Source: an uncultured Gemmataceae bacterium
Lineage (GTDB): Bacteria > Planctomycetota > Planctomycetia > Gemmatales > Gemmataceae
Length of the DNA: 64,000 bases
Reading direction: 5' to 3'
Assembly: GCA_963750165.1 (NCBI GenBank)
Contig: CAVVPN010000003.1
Coordinates: 2,208,001 to 2,272,000 of the forward strand
Shown: positions 60,845-64,000 of the stretch, piece by piece
Position numbering within the stretch: position 1 is the stretch's first letter
Layout: each line of letters starts with the position of its first letter
Program-made: the position numbers and the translations under genes
The notes under the pieces: model-generated
What the model was told of the DNA's origin: nothing
Seen by the model: only the letters and a program-made list of their open reading frames with translations
The model's database searches: none

Positions 60845-61939
60845 TCAGCGTGACGGGTCCAGGACACGGCCGAGGAAGAGCACGGCCCCGGTGTGCGCGT
60901 TGCGCAGGAAGAAGAAAAACGGGCGGTCGAAGACCAGCGATGGCGGCCCGCCCATCGTGACCATGTCCGCGCTGGCCGCTGCCGCCTCGGTGCCCTCCTC
61001 GTCCACCGTGAGCAGCGCCTGGTGGAGCACGTCATTCAGGAACCAGCCCGCGGGCGCCAGGCCCGACAGGTCGGCCCGTCCGGGCGTGAACAGGTCCGTC
61101 AGCCCCAACCGCCCCAGCGGCTCCCGCAGCGAAACCCGCGACCCCACCGTGAACCGTGGCAGCACCAGCCTGGCGTACTGGGGGCGCAGGGCGGCATCGA
61201 CCTCGTCCAGGAACGCGGGCCCCAGTCGCTCCGCCACGGCGTCAAACGCCTCCGGTTTGGGCACCACCAGGACCAGCGCCAGCCGTCCCCCCCGGTAGCG
61301 CATCTGGGCGGCCGCCCAGGGCCCCGTCCACGCACAGGGGATTTCCCCCTCGACGAAGCGGCGCATCATCGGCACCAGAACCTGGCTGCCGTCCCGACGG
61401 GTGAACGGCAGCGGCCGGGTTTCGTTCCGCTTGAAAGGGGGGAATTCCCAGGGGGCCTTCAGATACAGCGTGCTGGTGAGCAGCAGCGGGCCGGTCAGGT
61501 CCGCGGGGCCGACCAGCGCGTCGATCAGGCCGTTGGTCTGCCGCGCCACCCAGTCGTTGACGGTTGCCGTGGCGGCGCTGCGGTCCTGGAAATCGACCGC
61601 GTGACACTCCGCCCGAGTTGACGCACAGAACGTCCGCAGCGCCGCGTCGGCCAGCGCTGGCCCCGCCTGCACCCACAGCGCCAGGGCCGCCCGCCAGGTC
61701 ACGCCGTCGTGATTCAGGGCCATCGGGCTGGCCGACGCGGGCTCCGTTCCCAGAAGGTGCTCGATTTGCTGGGCGGTGTCGCCGCGCGCGGCCTGGTGCA
61801 GCGCGGCCAGGTTGGCGGCCACGTCGGCGGGTGAGAACACGAGGTTGTCGGCGGCGCCGGGCAGGGCGTGCAGCAGGCGGAATGCGAACGCCTGCGCCTG
61901 GGCCGTTGACGGCGAACGGGTAGGTTGCGGGGTGGACAT
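60845..61939 (-). CDS. Serpin (serine protease inhibitor family)
   Basis: NLVFSP, VNDWVARQTNGLI, LYLKAPW, LPRF, VDEEGTEAAAAS, FDRPFFF, LFLGRV. Confidence 0.93.
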   Translation of the reverse strand: MSTPQPTRSPSTAQAQAFAFRLLHALPGAADNLVFSPADVAANLAALHQAARGDTAQQIEHLLGTEPASASPMALNHDGVTWRAALALWVQAGPALADAALRTFCASTRAECHAVDFQDRSAATATVNDWVARQTNGLIDALVGPADLTGPLLLTSTLYLKAPWEFPPFKRNETRPLPFTRRDGSQVLVPMMRRFVEGEIPCAWTGPWAAAQMRYRGGRLALVLVVPKPEAFDAVAERLGPAFLDEVDAALRPQYARLVLPRFTVGSRVSLREPLGRLGLTDLFTPGRADLSGLAPAGWFLNDVLHQALLTVDEEGTEAAAASADMVTMGGPPSLVFDRPFFFFLRNAHTGAVLFLGRVLDPSR

Positions 61940-61960
61940 GGCGCCCTCGGGACGGGAGGG

Positions 61961-64000
61961 TTATTTCCCTTCGGGGATCTCACGGACGATCAAAGTGTAA
62001 GCCCCCTGGGACTTCCCCGCCAGGGAGGTGGCGATGATGCGGTATTCCCCGTCTGCCTCGGGCGTGTATTCAATGCGTGCATTCAGGCCGCCGGCACCGT
62101 CGTCATTCTCCGTGATGTACTTTCCCGATGAGTCTTGCAAGAAGAGGTAAGAATCGACCACCGAGCTTTCCATGTCGATAATGTATTTCTTCGAGCGCTT
62201 CATGGGGATGGTGTGGACGTTGGCCAAACTGTTTTTCCCGAACCGCGTCTCGAAGGAAAAGCCCGCCTGGAGCCGGGCAGGTTTCACCGCAACGACGTTC
62301 AGGTGCTTCTCCAACAGCCTGGGGATGTATAAGTTCAGGTTGGTCAGGTCATTCGGCCGTTGCAGCAACAGCCACGTTTGGTAGGCAGTTGTGGCCGCCT
62401 CCTCGTCCTGCTTCTTCCCAGTTTTCAAGAACTTTTCCCGGGCCGCGATGAAGCGGATGATCCAGTTCCAGGGGGTGTAGGAGTACAGCCTGGTCGCGTC
62501 AGTGGTGTTGTTAAATGCTGAATCCCACTTTTGTTGCGTCAAGTAGAAAAGCCCAAGGTTCTCCTTGGCCCAGGCCTTGTTTTGGGGAAGGGGAAACGCC
62601 TCGACGGCTTTTTGCACCTGGGCCTTCACTTGATTCTCATCCGGCTTGAGGACGTAAGCCAGCGCCAGTCGATTGTGACCGGTTCCCTTGTCGTAGGGAC
62701 TGTCCCTTGTTGCGTCCCATTTTTTCAGGGCCTGCTCGTAGTCCTCGATCGCCTTGTCGATTTTTCCCTCGATCATGCAGTGAACATCGCCCCGGGTCAG
62801 GAAATAGGCGAACTTATTCTGGTCGAGGTCGATGGCCTTGGTAAGGTAGCTCAAGGTTTCTGGGTAATCTTGCAGATCGTCATAATAGATTTTTCCGAGC
62901 TTGTAATATCGCTCCGACGGCTTGTCCGGATCCTGCTGGATCCAGTCCCTGTACAACTTGATTGCGACATCCCACTTCTTGGTAGACTCGGCTTGCCGGG
63001 TCAAGTTTTCATAAGCCTTGATCAGGGCCTCCTTAAAGAGATCGCGCATTTCTTTCTCTTGATCCACAGCCGCCAGGGCAACGCGCAGTCCGACAAGATC
63101 CTCTGGTTGGCGATACGCCATCGAGGCGTAGCGAACCAGGGCGGACTTCACCTTGCCCATGATCTTGTTCCGAGGGTCTCCTTTAAAAATCGGGTTCGCA
63201 GCCACTCGCTTCAACATCGCTTGCGTCCCCGCAAACGATGCGCGTGCGTCGCCCTCCAGGGCGGCAACCAGAAGGTTGTCCGTGCTGTAGGGCAATTTCG
63301 CCGGAATGTTGGTCGCAAACTCCAGTTCGGGGAACTTCTCAAAGAATTGTTGCGCCACCTTCGCCTCGGCGTTGCGGAGGTAGTAGGCCAGGAGTCGCGC
63401 CGTCCCCACCCCTTTGAACAGGTCGCGGATTGTGTACAATTTTTCGAGGATTTCTTTCGAGTACCCCTGTTCCTTTTGTTTTTCCAGCACGGCCGCCCAG
63501 TTGAACAGCAAAATCTGGAAGGCCTTGCTGTCCGCCCGCTCGCCGCCACTCAATTTACTGATGACGAAGTCTGCGTCCGCATTGCCTTTGAACAGGCTCT
63601 GGAGGATCGTGTTGTGGTCCTTGTATTCGAACGCTTGCGACGGCGACGGAAGGATGTCTTCCTGTTTGCCGGAAAAGTCATTCGCCCGGACACACAGTTT
63701 CCACACCAACGCTTGCCGCTGCTTGTCGGTGATTTCCCATTTGATATTCTCCTGGCTGAGCAGCACGAGCGCGGCGCGGGCCCAGACGTAATTGTCGGGT
63801 TGTTTGTCGAGGACCATACCGACGAGTTGATTGAGGACTTTTGGGCCGTCCTGGCCCTTCGTCTGCTTGAGCTTGATGGCGTTGAACAACATGGATTTGG
63901 CATCGCCGACAAACAGATAGTTATAATTCTTGTGGAGCCAGGTGAGGAGAGGTTCGGCGTGGTCGTCCTTGAAATTGGCGAAGAAACTGCCCAGCGCCTC
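61961..64000 (-). CDS. Large TPR-repeat protein with a C-terminal PPC-like domain (5' end outside the window)
   Basis: Frame open to 64000; TPR units (YLTKAIDLD, KAIEDYEQAL); DSYLFL..ENDDGAGGLNARI..GEYRIIATS; lower GC. Confidence 0.8.
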   Translation of the reverse strand, partial: EALGSFFANFKDDHAEPLLTWLHKNYNYLFVGDAKSMLFNAIKLKQTKGQDGPKVLNQLVGMVLDKQPDNYVWARAALVLLSQENIKWEITDKQRQALVWKLCVRANDFSGKQEDILPSPSQAFEYKDHNTILQSLFKGNADADFVISKLSGGERADSKAFQILLFNWAAVLEKQKEQGYSKEILEKLYTIRDLFKGVGTARLLAYYLRNAEAKVAQQFFEKFPELEFATNIPAKLPYSTDNLLVAALEGDARASFAGTQAMLKRVAANPIFKGDPRNKIMGKVKSALVRYASMAYRQPEDLVGLRVALAAVDQEKEMRDLFKEALIKAYENLTRQAESTKKWDVAIKLYRDWIQQDPDKPSERYYKLGKIYYDDLQDYPETLSYLTKAIDLDQNKFAYFLTRGDVHCMIEGKIDKAIEDYEQALKKWDATRDSPYDKGTGHNRLALAYVLKPDENQVKAQVQKAVEAFPLPQNKAWAKENLGLFYLTQQKWDSAFNNTTDATRLYSYTPWNWIIRFIAAREKFLKTGKKQDEEAATTAYQTWLLLQRPNDLTNLNLYIPRLLEKHLNVVAVKPARLQAGFSFETRFGKNSLANVHTIPMKRSKKYIIDMESSVVDSYLFLQDSSGKYITENDDGAGGLNARIEYTPEADGEYRIIATSLAGKSQGAYTLIVREIPEGK

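Overview
High-GC chromosomal segment of a Planctomycetota bacterium, probably Gemmataceae-like. The evidence is the PVC signature small basic protein, DUF1501, a planctomycete-type cytochrome c-WD40 protein, Tat-exported Gfo/Idh/MocA proteins and zinc-ribbon membrane proteins. About 40 CDSs are supported, including nadE, fumC, rpe, a PP2C phosphatase, an RND efflux operon with two permeases, a pentaheme PA14 cytochrome, two DUF2330-like paralogs, a kinase-pseudokinase-PilZ protein, a serpin and a lower-GC TPR/PPC gene running off the right end. I found no rRNA, intact tRNA, CRISPR array, transposase or integrase. The intergenic DNA is unusually rich in short non-autonomous repeats: REP-like hairpins, 7-mer and 9-mer inverted-repeat cassettes, a nested MITE with a CTAAG duplication and a dispersed ~65-bp element. 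At least seven genes are split by frameshifts, three of them clearly in G/C homopolymers, so these are probably sequencing errors. The most unusual items are a sigma-70-like protein with a signal-peptide-like N-terminus, a secreted Gln/His-rich Leu-heptad protein with a CxxCH motif in a cluster of low-complexity exported proteins, a repeat arm that encodes a signal peptide, the nested repeat, and a tRNA-His 3' remnant. All family names come from motif recognition, not database searches.
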